DNA of 64,000 bases from Eledone cirrhosa (GCA_964016885.1 OZ024743.1:349060001-349124000); one strand, 5' to 3'; numbered from the stretch's first letter, positions 15,451 through 31,204 are shown. The notes: generated by a model not told the origin, from the sequence alone. Numbers and translations are program-made.

Positions 15451-16945
15451 GTGTGTCTATGTGCGTGCGTAAGTATGTGTGTGTGCTGTGTGTGTGTGTG
15501 TGTATGTGTATGTGTGTGTTTTTGTGTATTAAGTTGTCAGCTTTCCTATATCTACTACACTTTTTATCAATATTCTTGCTGTTGTTTAGAGGCAGGGCAG
15601 TCTTGATTAAGCAGATATTTGGGAAAAGTTGTTCAAGTCATTACTAATCTATGTTTTCATCTGGCCTACGGCTATCTTATCTGTAATAGCCCTTTATTTC
15701 TTTTAAATAGTAATGATTCCTCGGTTTTGATTATGAATATTCTGTTGTTCGATCAATTAAACGCCCAGTTTGCGAATTACGTAGGCGTCCCCAGGTAGCC
15801 GTGTGTGATTTGCGGGACCATCTGCTGATATTATTAGCACATCGAGCCCCCACGTACAGGTTTCTTGGTTGTATATTTATTTATGTTATTTTTATTATTT
15901 TATTTATTTATTATTATTTTTTTGTTAGTATTGCTATTTATCTATTCATTCTACTATATCGTCTCCACAGAAAGACGAATTAAAATATTTTAAGTGTTTT
16001 GCTTTTGAAACTAAATATATCTCATATGAAAATTTCGTCGCCGATAGACATTTTGACCCACGTAAACCATGATTTCTTTCTATTGCTGATGAATTTACCT
16101 GTCGTAACTTCTTCATTTACGTTGGCAGGATTCGAACTCAGAACGAACAAGTATATAACACATACCACAAAGTATCTCCCCCACAACATTTATAATTCCA
16201 TTATTCCACCGGTTTGGATAATATTTTTTATTACATATCAGTAACTATTGAACATATTTGTTTGTGGTATTGCAGCAGTGATGATGTCGGATAGATCTAC
16301 CTTGTTGAATTATGAGATCGCAAAATATTTCCAAATATTACACAAAGAAAAAAAATCAGAATAAAACCATATTTATTCTCTCTGATATAAGTAGAGTGAA
16401 TATACATACGTTTTAAAATATGCCTTTCGAACCCAAATTTCGAGACTAAGTCATAGCTATTCACAACAACTTCGAGGGTGAAACGAATATGTTTTCTCAA
16501 TTCAAGCTCAAGAATTATCGTGATAGTAATGGTTTCTGCTTTACCCACGAGGCCAACAATCGTGGGCGGGGGGTTGGGAGTCCATTACATGGACCCAGTA
16601 CGTTACTGGTACTTTATTTTCTCTATCCTAGAAGGATAAAAACAAATTTATCGCGGCCGTATGTGATCTCACATTGAGTCGTAACTACATCGTCCGAATA
16701 ATTTCTAAAGCAGGAGCAAGACCACAAATTTATGAAGAGGAAATCGTCAATTAAACTGATTCGTGTAATTTACAGGTAGTTTATGTTGCCTACCCCGGAT
16801 CAACCCGGAATTTTGCCTCGATGGAATTTGAAATTATAACGAAATGAACCGTAAATAATATCACAAAGCATTTTGACAGCTGCTCTAATGATTCGGTGCA
16901 TAATCCGGAGTAATAGGTTATATAATTTAACGAGGGATTAAATAG

Positions 16946-16949
<4 letters not shown>

Positions 16950-17004
<55 letters not shown>

Positions 17005-17830
17005 AATTATTGTGTATAGTACTCAGGTACACTACAACTCATCAAAGGTGCATGTTTAGTACATAGAATATGTTTAGTACATAGAATAATGTACAGATGT
17101 CAGGAAAATGAACAGTGTACGAATCATGAAATACATGTGTGCGTGTGTATGGAGGGGGGGACAACAGGTGTAGTTTTAGCGAATCTCAGGAAGCATGGAG
17201 GTTTTAAAGGATGCATTATCTCGACAGCTAACAACTGATGCAGGTAGTTTGTTCTATGCTTCAGCAACTCTGAGCGTGAAATAATGTTTCCGAAAGTCAT
17301 GGGGGCTGTGCTATTTTCTGACTTTGTAGGCATGGCCACGTGTGTTAGACACATGGACATCAAAAAGGTGCTCAGGGTTGTTGTTGGCAACTTGGTTAAT
17401 AATTTTGTGTGTTTACCAAGTCAGTTGCCAGACGCTGGAGCTTCAATGTATCCATGCTCAGGGAAGCAAGTTGTTCAGAGTATGGTAGACGCCTGATGGA
17501 GGGTGTTCGCTTGGTTGCATATCTCTGAACAGTTTCCAGGCGGTCAATGTTCTGAGCAAGATATGGGTTCCAGACTGGTGAAGCAAATTCTAAGTGTGGC
17601 CACACCATAGCTATATACAGCTTTAAATAGATAGCTGGAGAGCGGCTAACAAAGGTCTTGCTGAGTGATTCTAAGACACCCACGGCCTTCTTGACAATTT
17701 TAGAGACGTGCTTCGTCCAACGCAAATCGCTGCTGAAAGTAATGCCCAGGTCACGTTCACAAGAAGACTTCTTGATATTAGTGTTAACTGAACATTAGTC
17801 AAAGTTGTCATCAGCGAAATTTTAACTTAA
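16950..17830 (-). mobile_element. CR1/L2-group LINE 3' fragment with (ATT)n tail
   Basis: CERDLGITFSSDLRWTKHV..LYIAMVWPHLEFASPVWNP..LETVQRYATK..; tail appears as (aat)n at about 16950-17002. Confidence 0.88.
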
Positions 17831-18064
17831 ACAGAGACACAACAAATATCGCAAGACCTGTTTTTCGACGCTCTAAAATCTCTGCAGAAGTGACGATTGA
17901 ATCATAACAATGTGTCAATTTTTATTGAAAATGTAGGATTTTCTTAAGAAAACCAAGCCTGGAGGTTAGGTTTAGCAGCAGGTTTAGCTGGCCTCGTCCA
18001 AGGTATATCTCTTTGGAGGTGTCTTGGGTAATTTAATGATAGGGATCCCAGTCCTATCATCTCA

Positions 18065-18200
18065 TTTCTACAGCTGAGTAAACTGGAGCAACGTGAATAA
18101 AGTGTCTTGCTCAAGGAAACAACACATCACCCGGTCCAAGAATTGAACTCACAACCTTTCCATTGCAAGACCAATGTTCCAACCACTAAGCCATGCGCCA
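18065..18200 (-). mobile_element. tRNA-derived SINE family 2
   Basis: Reverse complement ggcgcatggcttagtggtt..gtgagttcaatt..ccttgagcaagacactttattcacgttgctccag. Confidence 0.8.
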
Positions 18201-18596
18201 TCGACGACGCAGAAGTGAAGCTTGTAAAATAACTAAGAAAGCCATGATGTCGTTTAAATGTCTGGTGGAGTGAGTATCAGCCAGCGGAGGTTTGTGCATA
18301 CTAATACAATCACAATTACATCTTACGTATGTAATACTGTGAGTTGCAAATCTTCGATTAAATGAGGTCATGATGCAATTTTTAGACAAATACTAACTCT
18401 AATTAAGAGCATTTGAAATCTAAGAACAGCAGATAATGGATATACAATTTTTTTTTTAATATAGAGAATGTAATATTAGAGGGACCTACTAATTAAAGTA
18501 AATGTTGAATGTGATGGACAATATTAGGTCTTACTAGAGCACACCAGGAAATTATTTTCTATTGAATAGGCTAAACGAAGTGTGACACACACACAT

Positions 18597-18674
<78 letters not shown>

Positions 18675-18841
18675 ATATATTTAATTATGTCTCATAAAAT
18701 AATACAACTTGCTATCCGCAAAATACGTATAGTTAGCACCCCAAACGTATAATTGGGATTATACTAAGGTATATCCTAATGTTTGTTGAGTGAGTCGGAA
18801 GTCGGTCGGAGTATTGCTTAAAGCTTTCTCTGTTAATGTAT

Positions 18842-18909
<68 letters not shown>

Positions 18910-19247
18910 AGTGTGTGTGTGTGTGTGTCTATATCATCATCGTCATCAGTATCATCATCATCATCATCATCATCACCTTTTCCTAAAAAGTATATTATAC
19001 ACAAATCACCAGCATCAGCAATTTTCCAAGAAGTGGCAACGTGAATGGACCTGTTATTTTCTGTTTCCGCCCTGCCAGTCTCCTCAATCTATCTATTTAT
19101 ATCTTCTTTAATTTCTCATTATTTCTTCTGATGAAAGACTAGCGTCCGAAACGTGAAGACTCGTTTAAATAATATCAAGCGTAAAACTAATAATGTATTT
19201 TTTCATTGTACTGTGTCGTTTGTTTTGTTATTTCTGTTTGTTTTTAC

Positions 19248-19301
<54 letters not shown>

Positions 19302-20559
19302 TTTGTGTATTTGTTTTGCAAGATTTGTGATGTTAAAAAAAACGTGTGTTGAAACAGATGTTTTCAAACATTGAGCGGGCCATGCTTCCAATAAAACACA
19401 CGCACCAGTTGAGTTTCAATTCAATGCATTATTATTGGTTAATTAACTAATTTTCCCGTCGTTTGGTTTAATAATCTGATGGCTGTGTAGTTGTTAATTG
19501 TCAAGGCCCTTTCATCACACATTATGTGACCACTTCAGTGACTTCTTCTCTCCTCTTTTTTCTCTTCGGCACCACCTTTTTTTTATGAGCTTTGCACCTT
19601 CAATGCGCATGTATTTGTGTGAAACTTCTGTGTGTGTTTTGTTCTTGTTTTACGCCATATTGTCTTTACGAGCCATGCAGCTGTACTGCCTGTTGTTTCT
19701 CTGTGTATGTGTGAGCATGTGCATGTATCCATGTATTCCTGCTTTTACAAACCTGTTATGTTTAAACTGTGTGTATGTGTGTTTGTGTATGTGAGTTTTT
19801 ATGTTTCGTTTCTCCTCGAAATGTTTACGTATATGTGTGTTTTTCTCTCTTTGATACTTGTCACCAGTTACTTGTTTGGGGAGTTTTTGTATTCTATATA
19901 TATGTCTGTGTGTGTAACGGGAGTGTCTGTCTGTATATATTATTCCTTTTGTTCTTGTGAGTTTTTATATTGTTCTGAATCAATATGTTGTGTGATTGTT
20001 ATCATTCCTTTCTTGTTTTCCATATAATTTTCGTCGAAGTAAATTTATATATGGTGCGCCTGTAATCTGTCAGAGCATTGCATTTATACAGTGTGTAGAT
20101 AAAAAATGTATTTCGATTTTCTCTAGTGACACCCTCACCTTGTTATTATAGAGTACTCATGAGATTTTTTTCCTCTTGGAGTTCTCACCAGTGTTCTTTC
20201 ATCCTTTCTCCTATAATACGTAGCCCTCCCCCCTATATAGGTTGTATTTCTATTCATACATTGCCCTTCCGTGCATCATATGCTATGCACTACGTTCCTA
20301 GTTTTACAGTTAAACTGCAGAGTATACATTTTCTATCAGTTAAGGGATTTTGTTAAAAGTGTACGTTCTGCTGATCAGGGCTTTTATGGAAATGCATGGT
20401 TTTCTTACTATCGTAATATTCAATTTTGATTTAACTAAAACTCTTCTAAGTTTGCAAGCTAGTTCGCCTCAGGGTTAACATTAACTAATATTGTAATATC
20501 TTGCTGTTTGCATACGATGAGGTGCCCTTATCTATCTTCTTCAACATACCATCCTATTC

Positions 20560-20875
20560 CACACTTTTCCCCTATTCATGGGGCAAGTCCCACTTGCATA
20601 ATTGTCTGTGATATTTATCTATTTAGACGAGGCTTCTTAGTATAACCTTATCCTGTCTCTGATTGTATCCAGAGAACAGGATGCGGTGGATGAAGTGTTG
20701 TATGTAAGTCTCTAATTTTTCAGGAACGCATATGCGGGAAACATTCTTCATCACTCTTCCTAAATCCGTAGTCAGCATGTTAACTGTTGCATTATCAGAA
20801 AGGGCTGAGTTCCGGTGGATCAGATACGTGGAGGCCATAGGTTTGGCATAATGCGAATGGAGAGAAAAATATACC
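20560..20875 (-). pseudogene. PLE RT thumb fragment (second lineage)
   Basis: LHSHYAKPMASTYLIHRNSALSD..RVMKNV..FSGYNQR; homologous to 43020-43470. Confidence 0.8.
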
Positions 20876-20968
20876 CACACATTTATACAAAACTTGGAAG
20901 AGGTACAAGTCATAAAGAAACATATACACAGTCACACAAACAAAAGCTTATAGATGCAGGAACACACT

Positions 20969-21007
<39 letters not shown>

Positions 21008-21197
21008 TCACAAACACACACGCATACACACACACACACATACACAAACATACAAATGCATACGCCGTCATGGTGCACAGTACATAAAGAAAAGATGGTG
21101 TAAAACAGAAGGAAGAGGAGACAAGAACTAACAAAATTACTCTGTTAAAAAATCTCAGAATGTGTGACGAAAGAGCTTTGACAATTAAGAAAGAAAC

Positions 21198-22114
21198 AAC
21201 CATCAAGTTATTAAACCAACCGATGGAAAAATTAGTTACTTAACAAATAATAGTAAATTGAAGTGAAACTCAACTGATTCATGCGTTTTCATTGGCAGTA
21301 TGAATATGTGCGCCAATTGTGCTCTCAACCAACTTCCAAACTTTAAAATTTTCCCCATTTACAAATTCATAGACAACGCTACTTTCATCCAACGTACCAA
21401 TAAGGAAACACATTTCATTAATAAATTTCAACCAGTATTCAATGCCCTGAAATTCGGAACTTTCTAAAACTGCAACAAACCATCAAACATATACAAGAGT
21501 TACCTCCCTCACACTCTACCTAATCCTTTTTCTTAAATAAATTAAATATCACCCAGCAAGAATTGCTTCCCCCTGCATATTAACTCTCTAAAAAGGGAAA
21601 TCATATCAAACCACAGTCCACCATTTGCCTCCTTCAACTCTCCTGGTTCAACTAAGCACTCTTGCGATATTAACACATTTTGAACTGCTTAACTTCAATG
21701 ACTGTGCTTGTAAATAACATAAACTTTTCTTCCACATTGACTTTTTACGTCCCACATTATGCACATTTTTTTTCCTTTTTCTTTTTTCTTTTCACTACTA
21801 ATACCTTGTTTGTATATAACATTATTAATTCTGCACCTTCTGTTTAACATGTGCGACACCACACTAATATATTTCACTATCATTTGATAATGCTTATAAA
21901 TGCAGAAACCGGTAATAGACAATAATTAAATATTATAAATAGATAAATAAATGCCATTGTTAAATAATAAATAAATCAACTAATACATTAACACTTCACA
22001 CAAAATAAAACATTTCGTTTTAATCATTTTCTAACCCAGAAGAGAGAGAGAGAGAGATAAAAAAAGGTTAAAAAAAAGGATTTTTCTTCCTAATAATCGT
22101 CTCTTTCTCCCTGT

Positions 22115-22177
<63 letters not shown>

Positions 22178-22279
22178 TACTGCCAATGAAATCACATGCA
22201 TCAGTTGAGTTTCACTTCAATTAACTATTATTTTTTAAGTAACTAATTTTTCCATCGGTTGGTTTAATAACTTGATGGT
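21198..22279 (+). mobile_element. truncated PLE: inverted terminal repeats around GIY-YIG C-terminus and 3' UTR
   Basis: 21198-21307 is inverted relative to 22172-22279; 21308-21455 reads CANCALNQLPNFKIFPIYKF..RTNKETHFINKFQPVFN. Confidence 0.7.
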
Positions 22280-22306
22280 CCCCCACCGCTGCCACACTAT
22301 ATTTGT

Positions 22307-22430
22307 GAAGGCGTGTGGCTGAGTGGTTAGAGAATTGGATTCACAATCTTGAGGTTGTGAGTTCGAGTCTCAGACCAGACGATGCGTTATGTCCTTGAGA
22401 AAGACACATTATTTCACGTTGCTCCTTCTA
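22307..22430 (+). mobile_element. tRNA-derived SINE family 2
   Basis: ggcgtgtggctgagtggttag (A box-like), gtgagttcgagtc (B box-like), ccttgagaaagacacattatttcacgttgctcc. Confidence 0.8.
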
Positions 22431-23009
22431 CCTGGAGTTGCGACCGATAGATAGTATTAGCAATTGGAAAGACCAATGGAAATATTGTTTCCTCTGTCCG
22501 ATTTGACGAAAGTCGATCGTTCCTAATATATATAAATATATGTGTATGTGTGTGTATGTGTGTGTGTGTGTGTGTTATAGAACTTTAGGCTGACCCCAAC
22601 AGAACATATTTCTCTTTAATCTGATCTCCTTTACCACTAGCATGTGTCCAAATAGCAGTGAATTGCAGGGTTGTAGTAATAGGCATACTAAGCATACAAC
22701 CCCGTGACCAAAAAAGATAAGACAAATTGATGATAATTCTCAATCGAAGGTTATCAGCGAAACTGACAACAACTGGCCCTCTTGATCGACTTCGAGTGAA
22801 AACATTTTTCTCTGTTGTTTCAATCTGCTTTCTCTCGTTATAGCGTCTTGGATGTGTTTACCATTATCCGTTATTATATAACTATTATGCAATATACACC
22901 AGATAATATCATCAGGATCGTACGTAACATGGCCACAGAAATGTACATAGTGTATCCTGAAATAAATCTTTGTAGGAAATTCACCAGTCCGGCCTCCTGT
23001 CGGTTTACT

Positions 23010-23080
<71 letters not shown>

Positions 23081-23083
<3 letters not shown>

Positions 23084-23279
23084 TAATTTTAGTCTTCATC
23101 AGTGATCTTCCAACCTCCATTGATATTTCATCGCTTTAAAGAACAAGGTATTTTATGGTCTTTATTATGGTCTTTAAAGCGATGAAATACCAATGAAGTT
23201 GGAAGATCACTGATGAAGGACTAAATGTATTCGTATGTAACCCATGTGCAACCACGCATCAAGCCATGTTTTCATATAC

Positions 23280-23280
<1 letters not shown>
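23081..23280. mobile_element. fold-back element with CTGATGA half-motif and tail
   Basis: Arms 23081-23142 and 23172-23232 are inverted; flanked by (TA)n. Confidence 0.8.
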
Positions 23281-23322
<42 letters not shown>

Positions 23323-23360
23323 TATAAATATATATATTTATATATATATATATATATATA

Positions 23361-23571
23361 GTGGTGGAACACTGGAAGGTAATATCCGTAGTGGTAGAGC
23401 ACTCAGTCCATGGGACGAGTTAGGTAGAAGTGGTTACACAACAGTTATGTTCACCCTACCGAGAACGATTGTTTCACCTTAGCGGATCCTCAGCTCGATT
23501 CCGAGCTGAGGACCCGCTAAGGTGAACCAATTGTTCTCGGTAGGGTGAACTAACTGTTGTTTAACCACTTC

Positions 23572-23572
<1 letters not shown>
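23361..23572. mobile_element. fold-back element family C, copy 1 (hammerhead in both arms)
   Basis: Apex ctcg-attc-cgag near 23499; arms carry cgag CTGAGGA tccgctaaggt GAAA caattg TT ctcgg with substitutions; tail on the left. Confidence 0.9.
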
Positions 23573-23632
<60 letters not shown>

Positions 23633-23665
23633 GTGTGTGTGTGTGTGTGTGTGTATATACATATA

Positions 23666-23741
<76 letters not shown>

Positions 23742-23964
23742 CAACATATATATCTTATGTAAACCTTTATATTTAATAATCTCCCGTTAGGTTGAGATAC
23801 AATGTGGCGATATTTGGCTGCGCTTTCTAGCAACAAGCCTACCCGCCGTAAGCAACCAATCACATTCTTTCTAACTTGACCACTGCCATATTGCGGTTCT
23901 TAGCCATTTTTGAATCTAAATTTGGCGCGATCACTTTGGAAAACTAAGTGTCTGATTTTGCGTT

Positions 23965-24044
23965 TGTCTCCTGATGAATCCGAAATCTGTGCATTTCCTA
24001 TTAATTGGATGTCTAAAAATACGGATGAAACCATGGTTGAGATA
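23965..24044 (+). ncRNA. type I hammerhead ribozyme with long stem II loop
   Basis: tgtctc CTGATGA atccg..cggat GAAA ccatgg TT gagata; stems I and II pair and stem III is palindromic. Confidence 0.8.
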
Positions 24045-24323
24045 TAATTACGGTATGTACACATTTCTTCTAAGTTTGAATTTACACCTAATTGTGTATG
24101 GTTGATGGTATATTTATTCAGTTTCTACATGCTGTCGAAATGTTGGATAAATACTCTATTGGGGCCACCGCGAAGAGGCCACTTTCGGTTATTTGTCGGA
24201 GATTTCTTCATAAGAGCCTTTATTCTTATAGCTTGGTCTAATTGATTTTTTATATGGTTAATTATGCTGATTGGGAGAGGAAATGGTATATATTTTATCT
24301 AATAATTCTAAAGACATGATTTA

Positions 24324-24421
<98 letters not shown>

Positions 24422-24446
24422 TAGTCTTCAAATTTATTATTATTAC

Positions 24447-24499
<53 letters not shown>

Positions 24500-25279
24500 G
24501 TGTGACGGTGTCTGTATGATAGCAATATGGTCTGTAATAATCATAAATACCTGTTTGCTTGTATATTTCTTTGTTCAATACGAAACGACCACAAATATGA
24601 AAATTAAATATTACATTTCAAGTGATATATATATATATAATTGACTTGAGATTACATATAAGCCAGGCAAAAAATATGAGAGTCATCAATGCTCAATTTT
24701 TGCATGGCAGCTGGGTTTGTGGGGAAACAAGCAGTACTTATCTTTAAGCTATCGATAGATTTCGTACCAAAATTGGGAAACATATTTTCATGTCAAGAAT
24801 CTATTTACCAGATAGTTCATTTTTTCAGGGTTAACTCCTTCTTATTGTTTGATAGAAGAGTCTTGGAAACGAAAACTGCTATCCGCTCGGCTTAGATGCA
24901 AAAGTGAACAATATGATATATGGCTTCTTCGCTTGGTAGAACATTAAAATCTTATACAATAATGTTTAAAAATTGAAAACATGAAGCAAAAGTGTTCGAA
25001 TACCTTATAACACAGTCAATCAGTTTTAGCAACTTTGTGAGTTACTTAGATAGGACACAAGAAGAGAGGGAGTTGGGGTGGAACTATTTGATATTTCAAA
25101 AATATTAATAGAGACATGAGCTTCAGATTATATCGTGAACTCACAATATATGATGCGGAGAGATGGGGAATAATATTAAAACATAGATTCAGCTGAAGAA
25201 ATAACATGGGATATGGCTTTCTATTTAGTGAGAGTTTATCGAATCTAGAACTGTTTCAATCAATAAAAATGGGCTGGGC

Positions 25280-25420
25280 TAGAGATATTGAGAGCCATCT
25301 CCTAAGAAAAGATAATTACCTCTCAGAGAATAGTATACAGATAACATTGATTTGGATACAAGGCCATACAGATATTAGAGGACATATGAAATCAGATGAG
25401 TTAGCAAGGAAAGAAATACA
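25280..25420 (+). pseudogene. degenerate RNase H remnant of a retroelement
   Basis: IQITLIWIQGHTDIRGHMKSDELARK resembles the WxxGHxGxxGNExADxLAK motif. Confidence 0.6.
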
Positions 25421-26482
25421 AAGGCAAATTATGGATATAGACTGTCTCTATAGCATGTGAAATATTTATCAAAAATATAACTAATCGAGGGTGGGAAAAT
25501 TCTGTGAACGAATATAGAGATAAGCTCTCAAATTTTAATTTTCCACTTTCTCAACCAGATCTGGTAATATTTAAAAGATATCAGACACTGGGCTATATTA
25601 ATAAAAAATACTATAAAGGTTTTGAACTGGACACATTTTATCTCGAACAGGTCGTAGAGATACACATCTATATTCTGTTGATGACTTCCGAGAAACACTT
25701 TGGAAGTATTGGTTCCAATGTAGTATGAACCAGTCAGAGAGAGAAAAGACATATTGAAGCTGATCATTAAAAGTTCCAAGACCGAGATACGATATATGGT
25801 AAAAGATCTCCCAACCATAAACAATATCTTTTGAGTACATGGAGGTTACGATACGATTCAAAAACAGAACCTACTAGCTGCTTTACGGTTTCCCTTGCTT
25901 TCCATTTTGTCTGTATCATTTTTATGCAAGTTTCACCTCCCGTTGTCCTTTCATATATAATTTATTTTAACTGTATTTCTTTATTTTATTATCCCTTTGT
26001 ATCTATCTTTTTTATTTCGCAACTAAAAGAAGTACTAGAGACTTCCCATAGTCTGCCATGGCTTTCTAGTTTTATACGGTCGTTTAACTGGCTTAAATAA
26101 ATAAATGAATATACATATAAAGTTAATTACGTGTATAGAACACAGAAAAGTCGTATATAGGGAATGATATGAACTACCAAAATCCAAAATGGTGTATTTA
26201 ATCAAATATATTTGGAAATAAAAAATATTTTTTCATATTGCGTAAGTTCAGACAAATTTGCATTCGACCACCACAACTATCACTGTTTTTTTCTCTCTTA
26301 ATCTCTCTCTCGTTCATTATCATGTTACGACACTTACTCCTCCTTTCGCTCTCACTCTCGCACCATTTTCTTTCACTTATATACACACACCACTCCTTTT
26401 CGAAAGCGTGAAAGACATTTTCTACCACTGATACAATAGCTTTAATATAAAAGATAATGATGATAATAACCATAAAAATGAT

Positions 26483-26625
<143 letters not shown>

Positions 26626-26645
26626 CATATACATACATACACACG

Positions 26646-26743
<98 letters not shown>

Positions 26744-27301
26744 AATGCTCCATCCACATCCTTAACACACACAGACAAACATATATTCATTATAATAGCT
26801 CAATCATCACATGTATTTCTACGTTCTTTTCCTCATTTAATAATATACGATCAAAACCGTAATCCAAACTAACGGGCAGAGAAATCTGTTCTCCGGTTGG
26901 TGACAATATTTCTATATAAAGAAGATTTAGACCAATTTCTAAGCACCTGTGTAAATCTTTTCATAGAATAGATTTTTCAAATGGATTTTAAATATATACG
27001 GAATCCTTATGAATTATGCTATCTCTTAATATGAATGTAACAGAGACATTATTCTCATGACATCCATAAAAGTTTTTAGTCGCTTATTACGACATTTTTC
27101 TTTCTCTAATCATTGTTGATAACATTCTTTACATAAATGTTATAGTTTTGTTTATCTCATTTGTTGCCGTGGTTGATATTACTGAATGGTGTTCTTTATA
27201 TATTTTCTCATTTTTTTTATATGTATGGGTTTACTAGGTATTTAGTTTTTTTTCATTTTGTCGCTTGTTATTTATCTTCGTAATAATACTTATGTACACA
27301 T

Positions 27302-27383
<82 letters not shown>

Positions 27384-27388
27384 GTGTT

Positions 27389-27424
<36 letters not shown>

Positions 27425-27428
27425 CATT

Positions 27429-27560
<132 letters not shown>

Positions 27561-27597
27561 CATATATATATATATACATATATATATATGTATGTAC

Positions 27598-27678
<81 letters not shown>

Positions 27679-28608
27679 TATTAAGTTGTTAAACAATATT
27701 CGATGATTATGTCAAAGAATTAATGTTACCTACCATACTTCTATATACATGATTCAAATATAGAGAAAATATCCAAACTAAAAATTATTATAGACATTAT
27801 TTTCAACTTTATACATGCACCCATTGTTCGTTTTTCTTATATGTATATATATATATATTTAAATGTGACATGTTGTTAAGTGTATAACTGTTATCATTTA
27901 CCTAAAGCATACTACATTAATAATACCTAATATATCTATATATATATATGCATCCCTATATATAATAATACGTTGATATCTTGGTTGAAGAATAATTATA
28001 CATATGTATAAATTTTATCTGTAACATATTATTTTGTTTTATTTTTACCTTATATATACTGACTCATTAATATATACTTATATACATAATAGTTATTCAA
28101 ATATTTATAACAATAAGTAATTCAAAGACTTTACGTACCTAATAAGTCGAGATATTTGTTAAAGTTTAGATTTAGGTAATTAATCAACAGTATAATATTT
28201 CATTTTTACGTGCCAGCTAAATCCTTTAAAGTATTATTCTCACAATTTAGAAGTTTAGAAATGATAACACACTTATCGAATTTATATAAATAATATATAA
28301 TTAAATAGCAAATAATCCTGAATTCTGGAGTCTTCACATTAATATTATAAATTAAATATTTCCAAATTCTAACCGTTTAACTTTCGACACACACACACAC
28401 ACTTTATCTTTCCCTCCTTATAAATCCTTTTCCAGTGGCTACCACTGGCTGTTATGATTCATGAGACGTTTCCCTAGATATTATTGTTTCATACAACTTA
28501 AAATTTTAGAACACTTTAAGTATGCAACGTTTTTCCTTACTCACACATTCTCTAATGAATTCATTACGTTTTCGCACTCTCACTCACATATTATATAAGC
28601 TAAATTTT

Positions 28609-28765
28609 CTACCTTGATTAAATCTTAACCATTTAACATCTCAGGGTATGTCATGTATCATTATATTTTCTCTGATGAGGACGTACTGTTGTACATCCGA
28701 AATATGTATAATAAAATGTAATTGATCAAAAGAACATCTATTTTATTAATACTTATATTTTAATA
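28609..28765 (+). mobile_element. family A pseudo-LTR ending in (TA)n, with hammerhead at 28665-28717
   Basis: attttct CTGATGA ggacgtac tgtt gtacatcc GAAA tatgta TA ataaaat; aligns with 3258-3430. Confidence 0.82.
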
Positions 28766-29632
28766 TATATATATGTATATATATATAAATATGTGTTTGT
28801 GCGTTTGTGTGTGGATGTACACACAACTACACACATACATGAACACCCCTTCCCCCATATATATATATATATATATATATTGTTTGTGGAGTTTGTAATT
28901 TTTAAGCCTTTGAACATATGAGGTTTTATATATTTTTTTTTCATTTCGGAATACGCTTTTTGTTTCTTTGCCTGGTTTATATACATAAATGAATTTTTAT
29001 GAACATATATGTACGTATCTACGTATGTATTAAGACATGTATGTATTGTAAAAAAGAACATCATAACATTTCATAAATACATTTTCCTACACTAAAACAA
29101 GCTGTAAAAATAAGCTATCAACATTGTACAGCCTGATGATGAGACTGTGAAATGACGAAACTTTGATTAAATTATGGATTTAGTTAATTTGTTGTTCAAA
29201 GCACGAACATCTATAGCGATACCTGTCTCAAAGAAAGTTTGTTCCATGTCATATACATATAGCTTTTAATTATTTTCTTTGACTTCCTACTTACTAGTAA
29301 GCCATATGCAGCTCGTTTGGAAGAAGAAAATGACTAAATTCATAATCTACCAACGTTTCTCAATTTCACAGTTTAATCAGCAGGATGTGTTGGTGGCTTG
29401 TTTTTACTGCTTCTCTTAGTGTACATGTTTTATATATATATATATATATACAGGACCGGACGATGCATTATGTGCTTCAGCAAGCCATTTCCTTTCACGT
29501 GCTCCTTCTGCCTGCATTTGCGACCGGTTGAAATTATCAGAAATGTTAAGGGGTGCCATTGAGCTCGTGAAGCAAATGAGGTCTATGATCTTGGTGATCG
29601 ATTGTAAATATAAATATATATAAATATATATA

Positions 29633-30074
29633 CAATCATATTAAATAAATTGAAACTATATTTATAAAACCATATTTATTCTATTATATATATTTCAAGG
29701 GTACCAAAACATCGGTACGCTATCATCAGATAAAATACGAAGTGTGTTTTATAAATGTTGACATAACAAAGGAAAATAACCTTAACGGTTCAAGTTTTCC
29801 TTGGATAATCAAGGAACACTTGAACCGTTAAGGTATATTTTCCTTGGTTATGTCAAAATTCATAAAAGACACTTCGTATTTTATCTGATGATAGCGTACC
29901 GATGTTTTGGTACCCTTGAAATATATATAATAGAATAAACATAGTTTATAAATATAGTTTCAATTTATTTAATATCATTGAATATTATACACAAAAAAAA
30001 TCGACGAGTGCTCTGAATGAGTTATAAACATTTATATTTGTTGAATTACCAACAAATTGAATATCCCTTCTACT

Positions 30075-30076
<2 letters not shown>
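29633..30076. mobile_element. fold-back element family D, copy 1
   Basis: Inverted arms of about 170 bp around an apex near 29808, tail to 30076; hammerhead in both arms. Confidence 0.9.
29877..29937 (+). ncRNA. type I hammerhead ribozyme (family D), stem III = UAUAUA
   Basis: tattttat CTGATGA tagcgtacc..ggtaccctt GAAA tatata TA atagaata; mirror copy at about 29676-29737 on the minus strand. Confidence 0.78.
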
Positions 30077-30648
<572 letters not shown>

Positions 30649-30669
30649 TATATATATATATATACACAC

Positions 30670-31204
30670 TAAAATCAAGAATTAGAAGTAGAAGCCAGGA
30701 CTGTCCATCATCAGTGGTGTACTAGCCGTCATAGGTATTTCTTCACATTAAAGACCAGATACCCCAGGCTACCGCGATCAGTAACTAAAATAAGTTATTG
30801 GAATAAAAGAATTGGGTGAAGAAAGAGAAACAGGTAAACTTACACGAATGGTGAGGCAATGTAAAGAGAGGAAAAAATGAGAAAATCAAGTCAATGATTA
30901 ATTTGAACATAAGAAATTGCGAACATCTTAACCGTGCGAAAGTAAGCGAGGAAAGAATTTCGCACGGTGTGGGATGATGGAGGAAGGTGAGAGAGGGTGA
31001 GTAGCAGAGAGTGAGTGAGTGAAAGTGTGAGGAAGGGGCTAGCCGAGAGAGGGTGACTAGCAGAGGGGGTGAATGAAAGTAAGAGAGAGAAGTATATCAT
31101 ATTTGCTACAACACAGTACGCCATTTTTCATTCCTATATGCTTTCCCCTTCGCTGTGACCTGATGATGGATAGTCCTGGCTTCTATTTCTAATTCTTCAT
31201 TTTA
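30670..31204. mobile_element. insertion with 45-bp terminal inverted repeats containing CTGATGA
   Basis: 30670-30714 is inverted to 31160-31204; (TA)n on both sides. Confidence 0.7.

Noticed and set aside
23385-23410. tRNA A-box-like gtagtggtagagcac in the family C tail
   Set aside because: No B box or cloverleaf; too short to support a call.
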